This document shows, piece after piece, positions 1 to 12,400 of a DNA stretch of 64,000 bases. The position numbers and the translations under genes were made by a program. Each line of letters starts with the position of its first letter. Positions within the stretch are counted from its first letter, which is position 1. The notes under the pieces were generated by a model. That model was not told the origin of the DNA and did no database searches. It worked only from the letters and a program-made list of their open reading frames with translations. Origin of the DNA: Phoronis australis (Eukaryota; Animalia; Phoronida). The stretch covers positions 1,171,552 to 1,235,551 of the forward strand of contig NMRA01000045.1 in NCBI GenBank assembly GCA_002633005.1, given 5' to 3'.

Positions 1-2624
1 TTTTTCTTCGAGCAGTCATTCATTCAGTTGTCTAAATTAGCAACTGTCCATTTTTAACTCTGCGCGCACTCCTGGTGGACGTGGTAAAAGTAGGAGAGGG
101 ATTGATTATGGGAGTATTTGTTTGAATTATAATGAATTAAAGACATCGACGGCCTCTTAAAGTGATCTTCTATGAACAAAAGATTAACATAGCAACGGGA
201 CTTTGATATTTTAATCAGTGAGAGGCATGGTAATTCACCGAAAAGCTTCCGGCTCTTATAGGAGCTTCACTGTCTCTACTGGGGCCAACTAGAGACGGTG
301 GTCACTCTCTACCTAGCCTTAGTCTTGTCATTGGACAACAGTACACCCCTCCACTTTATTATAGGCAACACATAAGCCCTTTGCTAGCCTTACAGGGGAC
401 ATAATACTCCCCATCGGTTCATGTACTGATCTGTGTATTTTAATCACCAGTTAACCCAAATCCGATCACTAAATGAGTGGGTTTCACCTTGTCACGCATA
501 CAGTTTACACTTGAAAGTGTCACTTAAAAAGCACTACTTTCATCAGTGATCCTTTTTGTTTCTATACATATCCTCGATGAAGCATGTCTACGGAAACCTT
601 GTACAAAGGGGTCTGGCCCCCCACAAGCGACGCATAGTTCTCAAGAGCCAAAAATAAAATGTTCAAATGTCGTATGGTCCGGGCAGCATTTTTTAGTGGA
701 ACCTGAGAAATCTAGACTGGTATGGTCATTTCTCTAACAGTTTGTACCCTAATGTGGGGATTTTTTTCGTTACGTAGGATAAAGGCTTCATTTCCTCTGA
801 GTAACATAGCCTGATGTTTTTGATTGGACTTGGATGCAAGGTGGCATTGATAGTTATAGATCTATTTCCGTCATCTTCATCGCCATTGCATTTTATATCA
901 GTTACCATTTATAGTCGTCTTCTAATTGACTTATGGGCAGGATTATGACTGATGGCTTAACTGACCAACCAGAATGCAGCATTCTTGACACACCTTTGTC
1001 TGCGTTTCCAAGCCGCCATTTTCCCCAATAAACAACACGTCGGTAATGCTTATTTTAGTCTATAGCTCATAATATTGTGCGATAAGAGTGGTGAAACGGT
1101 GTTGATATGGCGTCTGTAATTCTGACAGCTGTTATACAGCTCGAGGAGAACATACCGTCATTTTTGGACATTCTACTAGCCGAAAGGTGATGTAGCCTGT
1201 GTAAACGATGGATTGCCAAACTGTGTGGACGGCCACACAAGCAGCTAAACTTGACAATGTTGCTGGATTACTCGAAGGTTAAACACAAATATGTTTGTTC
1301 CAAGATACGTACTTTTCAGTTTGGTGGCTATTGTGTAGGCCTATCTGATTTTGACTCCGGAGTTTCACTCACCTTTGTTTCGGCACCTGCTGGATAACAG
1401 CACTAGTCTTGCTGTTGTTGTTTTTAATTACATCATTTAAGTTTTCATTTATTTCGACCTGTAATGGACATCGTTCTGTTTCATAGCAGAGGTACATTTT
1501 GTTATTCAACCCCTAGGCTGACTTTCAACTGAACTTCTAACCAAAATTGACAGATTGGATCGGCACATGCAGAGAGGGGCACTACTGAACTCAAAGCTTT
1601 GTCCAAGCTATTGTCACGAAAAAATAAACAGTTGAATTATGTTTTGTTGAAAACCTCTAATATACAATGTGTGTAGAGTTAGAGAGAGCTCGTTTTGTAG
1701 TTGTTCAAACATGACACTTGGATTTATGAAGCTTTAAAAACAATTTCAGTTATTTTTGTAAATGGCCACTTTTTGCCACTACACCATATTTATCATCATT
1801 TGTTACCATACCACAGCTTAATGATCATGCTATGTTTAAAAATAAATGAAAGGTACCTTGATGTAATGAAACTACAAAAAATGTGAAATTCATCAGAAGG
1901 TTGGCCTAACTGTCTCAAGAGCACTGAATTACGGTCAATTCCATGCATTCATTTGACTTGGACACAGCCCTAGATCTACCAGAGCTAACTGCTTGTCTAA
2001 GTTAAGATGAGTATGTGCCTGAGCTATGAACCTGACTTTTTTAATCAAAATATTTCACTCGACGATTAGAAAAGTATAAACAGTGTAGTCGACTCGCCCT
2101 ACTTTACTCGGGGAATGCAATCAGTTGTGTCCTACTTTTCATTTGGTGGAATTTAGCAGACGGCAGAATAAAAATATAGGCGAATCTTCACTGATTTTGT
2201 TCAAAATATCCTGAAATCTGTGCCACTGTACAGATACTGGTAATTCGACTTTAAGATGCATACCCAGCTTTACATGAACATATGGCATCAGTGGCTTCGT
2301 TAGTTTTCAGGTGAAGGTGAACTCCGTGTGGGGTTCTTCAGATTTTCGCTAGCTCCGAAATACTTTTCTTCGAACACTTATTTTTTCATCGTAGCCATCA
2401 TGAACGTACGATTCTCTGCTGCAAAGCATTGCCTCTTGTCTTTGTCGAAGCGTCTTCGAATAGTGTAAAAAACGCTCATCGATTCCATTAGGAACGTCGT
2501 TTAGCAACAGTGTATTTGCCTCTGACATCTTGTTTGTTTGTCCAGTATCACATGACTTTTCGCAAGGAGCGGAGTTTGTGATAGCTCAATTCAGTGAATG
2601 TTGGACAAGACACATTTCTCTAAA

Positions 2625-3790
2625 TCATCGTCGTCATCGATGACGGCATTGCTGTTGGTGGCATCGTCAGTATCATTATTGGTGGCGTTGATTGTATTGC
2701 TGTTTCAGTCATTGGCATAGCAGTTACTTCACCATCCAGCTTCTGTTGTCGACACCACAGACATTGTCAACTCGTAGGCACTATTAGTGTCGTTGTTACC
2801 AGTGCTGTTGTAGACTGACTGTGTATTAAGTAGACGGTTGTGGCATTGTGATTGGCTGTGGTGTCATCTTCAGCAATAGTGTCGTAGGCTTCCGTGTAAT
2901 TGGTTTCAGCGTCGTCATTGTTATTGTTGGTGCCAGCGTTATTGTGGTCATGGCATGGCCGCCGTTGTCCTGGTCACTGTTTTTGTTGGTTGCTACGATA
3001 TTAAAGAAGCCTGGAATGTGATAAATGGACTAAATTGCAATATTGAAAGTGGATCTCTGCCACAGAAACAGAATTCAATCTTCTCACCAGGTATTTTTAG
3101 AGTTTGTTCGTAAAGATTTTTAATTTGTGTTGATATCAAATGTATTTTCTTTTAGTTTCAAATTTCAAAAAATGATATGTCAACTGCTCGCCACTTCATC
3201 GATTTTTCTCCCACAAAGCAAAAGCACGTCTTCTTATTTGGTATGAAAAACATAGACGTAGCACATTTCCCTTGTATGGAAATGTGACCTTTAACCTCAA
3301 GCAACTTGAAGCACCTGACTGTGAGCGCATGCGCGCATTTATCGTTAGTGGGAAGAAGATTAGAAACTTTGTGGTTACCACAGAGTTTTTCCTTGGCATG
3401 TATTTCAAAAGGTTAATCATGAATTTTGTGATTTTTTCTGAAAATTTCCTCACAGAAGAAAGTGAATTACTCTGTACAAGACATTGCAAGATGGTACTTT
3501 CATTTTAAAAGGTGTTTTCGACGAGTTTTCATGTTCCATGCCTCTTTAATATCAACGTGATTGGTGTACAGTAGGCGATAGTCTTCGAGTTTCACTTTTG
3601 TCATCTGCAGTAGCATCATCACCTTTGGACATCGTTGTCATTGGCTGTGTTGTCATTGTTGGTGTGTCAGTATCAGTGCCATTGCATTGCTGGTGGTGTT
3701 GTAGCAAAATCAACTGAAGTGAGATTGACAATGAAAGTCACAACACCAAAGATGTCAACAATCGCGATACTGAAGGCAATCACAAAAGCA
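2625..3790. repeat. Degenerate trinucleotide-like low-complexity tract (GTC/GTT/ATC), split by the 3005-3545 element
   Basis: Runs such as catcgtcgtcatcgatgacggcattgctgttggtggcatcgtcag occur on both sides of the insertion. Confidence 0.5.
3005..3545. mobile_element. Non-autonomous Kolobok-like DNA transposon (541 bp)
   Basis: TTAA at 3001-3004 and 3546-3549. Imperfect TIRs AGAAGCCTGGAATGTG / AGAGGCATGGAACATG (rc), 12 of 16 match, with AG...CT termini. It interrupts a degenerate GTC/GTT low-complexity tract. Confidence 0.55.
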
Positions 3791-4350
3791 TGATAATCCT
3801 GACACTGAGCAATACTCTGAACACTTTCACTTTGTTCTTATGAATTCACTCTAAACCTAGAAAAAAAACATCCCAGGGAGTCTGGACTAAAGCCGAGATA
3901 GATTCGTGTCCGCCTTTATAATTGTACTCAGGAAAATTTAGCACATTGTGCCTCAAGTTGACTCAGTTTCAGTTCACCATTCATGTTTTTATTGAAGTAC
4001 CTTGATGGTTGAACAGTTGAAAGTCTTCACCTTCCAACTCTGACAGAAATTCCAATTAGCATGCTTTCTTTCTGGCAGATTTAAACTTTTACTGTCCTAG
4101 TCATTATAAACGAAGCCTTTAGTTTGACTACTTCTTTAGGGAGATCCAAGTCCCAGGGACTAACTTGGGCACTGATTTATAGACTTATAAACTAGGAAAC
4201 TAGTAGATGCATATCATGAAGTGTCTCACTTAAATTGTTCTTGCTTAATCAGGCTGTGAAAAAGCAATAAACAAACATCTAGTCTTTTCTCGTCACTGTT
4301 GCACTCTTATCTTTAAAACTGTAGCAATGATTTCATATATATTCCTGCAG

Positions 4351-5229
4351 GATCACCACAGACGACGTAACGGTGATCATGAGGAAAGACGGAATCGATC
4401 CAGATCGCCTGATGAACGACCACGTGATGAAAGGAGGCGCATAAAACGTGAAGGTGACGTGCAGCCCTCCAGGTGGGAAAGAGATGGTGATGAGGCCCAG
4501 AGCAGGAATGAGGGAGACGGTCGGCACGAGCAAAGAATTAAAAAGGAGCCAAGGAATCGGGGCTATGCTGATGAAGAGGAACGTCAACGAAATGATGATA
4601 GACGACGAGACAACCATAGGCGGAGACGTAATCGTAATCCCTTTGAAGTAGATGACTCTCAATATGAGTTTGGTCGTCCAGAAATAAAAGAAGAGAAAGA
4701 TAATAAAAATCCCAAAGAAAAGGAGGAGCCAAATTTTGGCCTTTCCGGAAAACTAGCAGAAGACACAAACACGTACAAAGGTATTGTGATAAAGTACAAT
4801 GAACCTGCTGAAGCTCGCAAACCTAAAAAACGTTGGAGATTTTATCCATTTAAAGGAGAGGAAGCCCTTCCTGTCCTTCACCTACATAGACAGAGTGCTT
4901 ATCTACTTGGTAGAGATAGGAAAGTGGCCGACATACCAGTGGATCATCCGTCTTGTTCAAAACAGCATGCAGCTCTCCAGTTCAGGCTAGTCGAATATGA
5001 GAGAGAGGATCGTTCAATAGGACGACGGGTGCGCCCTTATGTCATTGATCTCGGCTCCACAAATGGAACTTATGTCAACAATAACAGAATTGAGAGCCAA
5101 CGCTATGTGGAACTGTTCGAGAAGGATGTTGTTAAGTTTGGATTCAGTTCTAGGGAATACGTTCTCCTGACTGAGAACACAGACACTACATCATTAGAAA
5201 ACGACGAAGGTGTGGATGTCAGTGACTGA
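4351..5229 (+). CDS. SNIP1: SNIP1 (Smad nuclear interacting protein 1 / RES complex Pml1 orthologue), terminal coding exon; upstream exon(s) not identified
   Basis: Acceptor ttcctgcag| at 4350. R/E/D-rich N-terminal part, then PNFGLSGKLAEDTN, KYNEPAEARKP and an FHA domain (RQSAYLLGRDRKVADIPVDHPSCSKQHAALQFR...PYVIDLGSTNGTYVN). The ORF-track ATG at 4327 lies in the intron. Confidence 0.95.
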   Translation, partial: DHHRRRNGDHEERRNRSRSPDERPRDERRRIKREGDVQPSRWERDGDEAQSRNEGDGRHEQRIKKEPRNRGYADEEERQRNDDRRRDNHRRRRNRNPFEVDDSQYEFGRPEIKEEKDNKNPKEKEEPNFGLSGKLAEDTNTYKGIVIKYNEPAEARKPKKRWRFYPFKGEEALPVLHLHRQSAYLLGRDRKVADIPVDHPSCSKQHAALQFRLVEYEREDRSIGRRVRPYVIDLGSTNGTYVNNNRIESQRYVELFEKDVVKFGFSSREYVLLTENTDTTSLENDEGVDVSD

Positions 5230-8066
5230 TTGCAAACAGGAAATAACTTTTTGACAATTGTATCCTCAGGTACTGTAGTCACTTTCAGTGCATGTTCAGT
5301 CATAAGAGTTTATACATTCAAAGGTGAACACTAGCATTCTTCCCTTACTATGTCACAATGTTGACCTACATTTTCGGCTTCACTCAGCTCGCACAGACGT
5401 CCACAACAAGAAAATAGCTATCTATTTGTTTATGCGCAATGCAAGTTTCAATTGCTATTTTATTGTAAAAAAACGAAAAATTTGTGCAACATTGGATGCG
5501 CCTTACGTAGGTACATGGGTGCATATTGCCTTCAACTGTGTTCGGGCGTCCTGTAGTGGTATCGACCATCTGCTGCCATGTCTCCTAAACGCGTGCAGGA
5601 CCTTCATGAAGTTTGGTGTGTGTGTTCCTGTGAAGCTGACAACAGATTACGACTTTCAGATCGATCCGACTTCTACTAAGTCACCCAGTGGCTAGTTGAA
5701 GTTCTTTGTTTGCTAAAACTATACATACCAAGTCACTCTCTTGGTATTTGTGAAGTTTGTCATATGTATTCCTATCAAGGAAAGCGTGCTAACATAAATT
5801 ATTTGGGCCGAGTAGACTACTGTTATGCCCATTAGTCGTAATTTTTATTTTGGTTCCATTATTTGACATCCTCTTCGTTTTCTGTCTAACAGTTTCGAGG
5901 TTCATTACAAAGATTTAGGGGTATGCTCCGGTTGATGAGAACCTGGTTGACTTTGATTTTCAGACAGATTCAATTGCCAATATCCCCCTTGTGGCAGTTC
6001 TAGTCTGTTTTTTGCTCCTGCCTCTGAGTAAATATTTATCAAGTTCGGGGAAGGATGATCATCAAATTGGAGCGATATGTTCCTATTATTAAGAGCTGAT
6101 CTGATGTTGAATACGCTATGCCCTCTAGTGTCAGTTTCAGTTTTTTGCGCCTGTCTTAATATCTATAAAGTTTATTAGAGCATGATCGTGAAATTTAACA
6201 TTTTGCTTCTTGGGAGGACATCTTGGCTGACATTGATTTTCTGACGAATCCAGCAAATGGTATGTCCCTTAGTAGCAATTTTATTTTTTCCACCTCCCTC
6301 CACACCAGCATGGGGGCTGGAGGGGCTTATTCTCTGATGGAATAGGAACTGGTAAATATAATTCTGTTCATAGTATTATCAAACATTTTTTGGCTGTTGA
6401 AAACTTGCCCCAATGCCCCTGGAATGGTAAATGAATATTTCAGAGAATAAATAGACCACCTTAACATTGCCTTGCAGGTTTCACTGGATTTGATTGCTCT
6501 TTCTGTAGGGTCACCACTTAATGGGTTGTAAAGGGAGTCAAAACAAAAATGAGGACCATAATGCTTACTCGAGCATAAATCTGTGACCTCTGGTTTCTCG
6601 TGTTCATATTTAACATGTCTATTCCCCTTTGGTGTGTCCTGCGCCATATAAACATGCAAAGAAGTCTGTGCTTTTGTACAATGTTATACACCCTTGTCTA
6701 ACAACAGACTCTCATATTTCTTGGTAAACATTATTTCTAACAGTTATGGTTGCCACACGCACACACCAACTACTAGTAGGTGCTTAAACAATTCACAAAT
6801 TTGTGGGCCTACTTGTGCTCGAGTATGCACCAGTGAAGCTTAAGATTCCCCTAGCATGTCAGCTAGACAACCATCTAAGAACTAAATACTAAGCATGTTA
6901 GCTTACAGTATTCAATGAAAATTTACTAAATCACAAAGACAGGTCTTCCTGAGGAGTTTCCACAACGACAGAATACTGACAAATAGTACTCTTTGTCCCT
7001 TTTCATAAGGACTAATGGAGTAAGACTGCTATCTTCCTCACATTTGAAGGCAGCATTTGCTAGGTGTGTGCTAAGCCAAGGATTTAGCCTGTAAATGTAG
7101 GGATGTGGATGTCCCTAATATAAAATTAGCTAATATTTTGGCTTTTAATGAATGTTCAAAGTCCAAGAAAAGTCACATTTCATATAGATCTTGTCTTCAT
7201 TTTCTGTTTCCAGGTTACATCTACTTGGAAAATGACAACCGTCATTGGCTCAAGACATCTTTCATGACCCCATTAGCAAACTAGATCAGCTTTTAGGTCT
7301 GCGGCAATGTCGGGCAATGTTTGTGATTTTTAGAATCGACTACCATTTAATTGCAACATTTTCCTAAACAATTTTTTTAATATATAGGTGTCCATGTTCA
7401 TCTGTTGCGCATTAGACTGCAGTACAATGGATCACCAGCTGGACATTATCAATACACAATGTGATTTTGCTCACAAACCACAATCAACACTAGTTTTACA
7501 ATTGCCTGCATTTCTATTCACTACCCTGGTCTGATGACACATTTTGCTTGCGGCAAAAATGTTATCTGATCAGTAACCAGAAGCCGAGATGTGTCGTGAA
7601 AGAGTGGCACCTCCTCAGGAAATTTAATGGGAAAATATGGGAGCTGTGAAGCTGTTGTCTTGGAAGTATGGTTACTCATGTCCATAGGAGTGTTGTGAAA
7701 GAAATAATCCAGTCTCTGTGGTGATCAGGAACATTGAAAGGTTTCATTTCTCCAACATTAATTGCAGCAGAGAGAAAGCAGTAAAGTTTCACTAACGTTG
7801 GACATACATAATTACCTTTTTTGTTTTCAACATCTAACATTGTAGTGGATGCCCACAATTTTCTGTGAGCTATGGTACATAACGCGAACATAGTTATGCA
7901 TCAGTTTGATGCGTGCTACATATCTCTACATGAAAATATGATAAAATAGTTTCACTTAATATCTGTTGTACAAAGTCCAAATTTCGTGAGATTTTACAGT
8001 ACTGCAAAATAATTATTTTTGTATTAAGAGAAGTATGTAAATGTTAATGTATACTCAGAAAACGTG

Positions 8067-8079
8067 TTTATTAAATAAA
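8067..8079. terminator. Back-to-back poly(A) signals: AATAAA on - (8067-8072) and on + (8074-8079)
   Basis: Sequence gtgTTTATTaAATAAAt lies between the convergent SNIP1 and p53-family stop codons. Another - strand AATAAA is at 8174-8179. Confidence 0.45.
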
Positions 8080-9438
8080 TTTGGCACCTTTACATTGGTA
8101 AGTGTGTTCCAGCCAAAATGTATAAATTGTAATTCAGCTCACATGCAAAGCAAGCCATAAGACAAAGTAAAGATTTATTTGAAGTACTAAGTAATGTTTC
8201 ATATAAAAATAATATAAATCTCTGGCATTTTTATCTTTACGGCAGCTTGGTTGAATAAGTGTTTTCTGAAACACTAACTTCATCATCAATGCCAGTTGCC
8301 AATGAATACTCATAATGATCACAAAAGAATTTACACGTATGTACAATAACTACTATCTCTACCACAAGTTTGTATACACAAGTGGCCTGCTGGCAAAATA
8401 CACTAGGTAATGAAATGACATTAAACACCTTTAAGCTATTTACAAGGTGCTACATATCTGCCTTCTGTGAAATATCAACTTTTTGAGACCACTAATTGTA
8501 ACGAAACTGGTCTCGCCTCATTCCCCTAGTCAGATTACGAGTAGCTTGTGAAAAGCTGGCGCGCAATCGTTATTCAAGACCAAGATTGATGCACAAAATC
8601 ATCAACCAGGTTGAGCATGGTCTTTAGTAATAACGAAATGACAGTTCTGCCCAAGGCCTGGAATCATTTTTAAACCTAGAAAGGTTAGTAAGTCTACTTA
8701 ATATTTTCGCAACAGAGCAGCGGAGATGGGATAAATTTACCATATCATGGCATAACTTCACTCAATGACTATACGCTTGCAAGTAGAACACCCACACTAA
8801 GTCCTGAAACCCTTGGGTACACTCCCTTCTGTGCAGCAGCACGATAGCACCATGAAGTCAACAAAAGTGGGACAAAAATCCACCTTGCTTCGTATATTCT
8901 GCGTTTGGTCTACTGGAGACCAAATTTAAAAGGTATTTTTGTCAGAAAGCGGATGTGTAGCAGTGGCAATGTTTGCTATTTATACAACATAGCGAGTATC
9001 ACAGCACTAAATCTCTAAAGCGGAAAACATTTTCTGACACTACAAGTACTATGTCATAATCATAATAATGTCCAACAAAAAAACATCTGAAAATCTTACC
9101 CATGACAGCTGACTCTTTGGTGCAAGTATGCAAAGAGTACAAGCTTAAATATACATTAAAACAACTGATCAAGTCAACTAGAGTCCTGCTACTGACACCT
9201 AAGTGACATGGAAGAGCACTCTTTAACAAAGATGTTTCGGTCAACTAACTCGTCAGTTCAGTATAAGTTCATGAACTTGTGTCTGGTTCAGACAACGGGC
9301 TTATACGTGATAAATGCCAAGCACATCCACGTGGTGCCATGAAATCGGCTAGGTGTTTCCATGACAATCCAAGATGTATTCCACTTTCATCACACATCAA
9401 CACAAACGGAACAACCCCCTGGAGAGAAGACGTCCTGC

Positions 9439-12400
9439 TTACATGTCCTTGCAATAGTCATGGTCGGGTTTTCGGTTCACAGTTTGACGGAATGTATACT
9501 TTGTAACCTCGAAGAAGCACGGTGAAATACCAGAACCCTGAGAATGTAACGACAGTGTTGACGCACGACTAGACGAGGCAAGAAAATCCTGACTTAGTTT
9601 GGAAGAGGTAGAAGCTTCCTCACGATATTCCAGTAGTGCCTTCCACAGCTTGTTTCTGTGACCACTCCCTATCTTCATCTTATTGAGATCCTAGAGAAGA
9701 ATGGGTAACAAGTCTATACCAAAACATTTTATTTACTACCATTCAGTTACGTTTGATTTCAAGCTTTTGCATTCTTAATCTCGTCAATGACCAATTATTA
9801 GACAAACATATATACAACTACATAAATTCTATTAAACAACCAAGGGGAAAGTTTGGCAACAGTCAGGGTCAATTAAACTACACCCCAGGCAAAGATTCAT
9901 CATGATCAACCCATCATAGATATAGTCACAAATAATATGCCTTAAGTCTGAAGAGTTGTAAATTCTAGTCTGAAGGTGTCACTGTTCTTTAGCAGTTTCT
10001 AAATTACTGGTTGAGATACAATCATGTATCAAGTTACCAGAAAAAAGAACAGGAAGCATACAAGCAATGGAATGAGTGAAGCAGTTTCTCCATTTTTATG
10101 ACCACGGTACGTTTTGTTTTTAGTAAACTGAATTTGCCAATTACAAAAATTGAATTTCAGTGTGGTAAACTGGATTTTCCAATTGTTTTGGAAATGGAAA
10201 ACCACGGTCACCATTCTATTTCGAGATACAACTTGATCCATACCTCCATAGTAAATTTGTCTTTGTCCAGCTGGTACATCTGGGTATAACCAGCTGTATG
10301 GAAAAAGTCAATGTATGCGCTCAAGCCAACCTTCTTTAGCCACCTGAAAAAGATCATACATATGTTCAGTTTATGATAACATTTCAAAAGTCAAGAACAG
10401 ACAATAATTGTCAAAAAGCACAGGTAACAATTTCTCTTGAATTTTCAAAGCAACATCCTCTGCCAAAGTATGCATTAATTACTTAAAGCCAATTTCTTCT
10501 ACCTTCCGGTCCCAGTGCACCCAGCCTGTTGTGATCACCAGGTCACATCTTGCATCACATTAAACGAAACATAGAAACTTACGATGTGCGTCAAGTCAAA
10601 CAAGAGTCATCGCCAGACAAGTTAACTTCATCATTCTCAAATCATTCCAGTCAAGCCATATCAAATATGCTAGTGGCTGATTCATGTTGTTTATAGGCCT
10701 CGAGTTTTTGGAGTGTGCTGGAGCGAGGACTCACTTAAAGCTTGCAAAAATCGTAGCTTGGCTTCGCTATTCCTGGGTCAATTCTGATGTTTCAGAAACT
10801 AATGTTGCATTTTTACAATCAAATATTATGGAAACATTCAACAGAAACACAGCTTTTGATAGAAAGAATACTCCAGGCAAGGTGGGCTGGTAACCAAACC
10901 CGCTCAGCACGTAAAACTGGGTGAGATTTTTGTGTAAAATCAGACACTGGCACTGGAAAACAGCTACATTTGAATTGCTTACAACAGAAACTTAATACAA
11001 CATAACACAACTGTTTTCACGTCTTCGTGACTATCTCTAAAATTTAAGCACAGCATAACAGTGCTGCTGTTATGAGTTAAAGGCGAAGGCAACCTTTTTC
11101 CATGTCACTTTGAGCTAAAATAAGGTTGGTTGGTTATCCTAGACATATTTTCCACGTAATTACATCTTTTCGTAATTTCATAAATTACTCGTCCGCTACT
11201 CCGGAAGTGACGTTTTAGGAGGCAAGCGTTTCCCGCCACTTGGTTTTGCGTTGACTTTACAGTGCGAATCTGTTCTATTCTACTTTTGTTTTGTGCTGTT
11301 TTTCAACAATTGTCGCCACCACTTTCCATCGGCGAGTATTCTGCGGCAAGATAGGTTAGTAGAGAACTCAACTACGTTGGATTTAGGGATTGTTTAGTGT
11401 GTTGTAAGCTGAAAATGGCTGGAGTCGGTGACCCGTATCACAGTGACTGTAGTGTGAGTGACGGAGACCTTGTTCACAGCAGTGGTGACGAGGAATTTTT
11501 TCATGGACATTCGGTGGGTGGGTACATGTTTGAGCCCGAGTATAACGAGGCAGAGTACGCACAGGCACAGTTGAGAGAAACGAGGCGGCTACTGAGGACA
11601 GAGGTGGTGACACATCTTGGTGCAAATGCACTGTGTGCGTTGTTATGCCTACCTCAATGGAATGCTTGTGCTGTTTAGAGTTCGACGAGGCCAAGCCACT
11701 ACTGGACATGGTTAAGTGGACCTCCGGCACACCATGGACAGATGAACAACTGCCCCACTTGCCAGAGTGTCCCGCGACACACTCCTACTGGATCGACCTG
11801 AGCACCCAAACTGCTTACATCGTGTCGTGTGACTCCCTCGCCACACACCTGGCACCTTCTAAATAGCTCCAACACTTTAGACAAGTCCACAATAAACTTA
11901 TCAAAGTTTGGCTCACCGATCTGTTCACTGCCGGGACGACGAACTGTCCTCTTCACTGGGTGTCGAACTGAGCCTGTAATCACTCTCACTACTCAATATC
12001 GCTGCAGGGCTGCTTAGAGGCTCTGGGCTGGAGAAAACAGCACAGGGCGAATCACTACTGGTTCCAGGAATTGCACGCTCTGGGGTACGTTCGGAGGCAC
12101 GGGTGACAGTAGATGAAGTGCTTCCACTGGCTCCAGTCACTGTACTGGCCACAGTTCGCGAGGCTTCCCGCTTCAAAAACGCACTTCTCGGGGGTGGCGA
12201 TGGGGCACTGCCGGGAATCAACACAGACGGAATGGTATCCTTCTTCAGACGTTGTTTCGCAGGGACCTTCATCAGTTCAGCGTACAAATCCCTTTCGTCA
12301 TCGGACGGCAGAAAGTGCTTGCCACACACACGGTAGTTCTCCACTGCTTTGTACGTTGCGTGGACAGGTAACGGTGCGTTCTTCACACGAACGAGCCAAG

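Noticed and set aside
1108-1191. ATG-initiated frame MASVILTAV... as SNIP1 exon 1
   Set aside because: It stops after 27 codons, has no SNIP1-like composition and has no phase-0 donor matching the 4351 acceptor.
4333-4990. ORFs overlapping or antisense to SNIP1
   Set aside because: Shadow frames of a purine-rich coding exon.
5790-6335. Possible Helentron/HINE-like modular repeat in the SNIP1 3' region
   Set aside because: Weak internal repeats and a GC hairpin only. Ends could not be defined.
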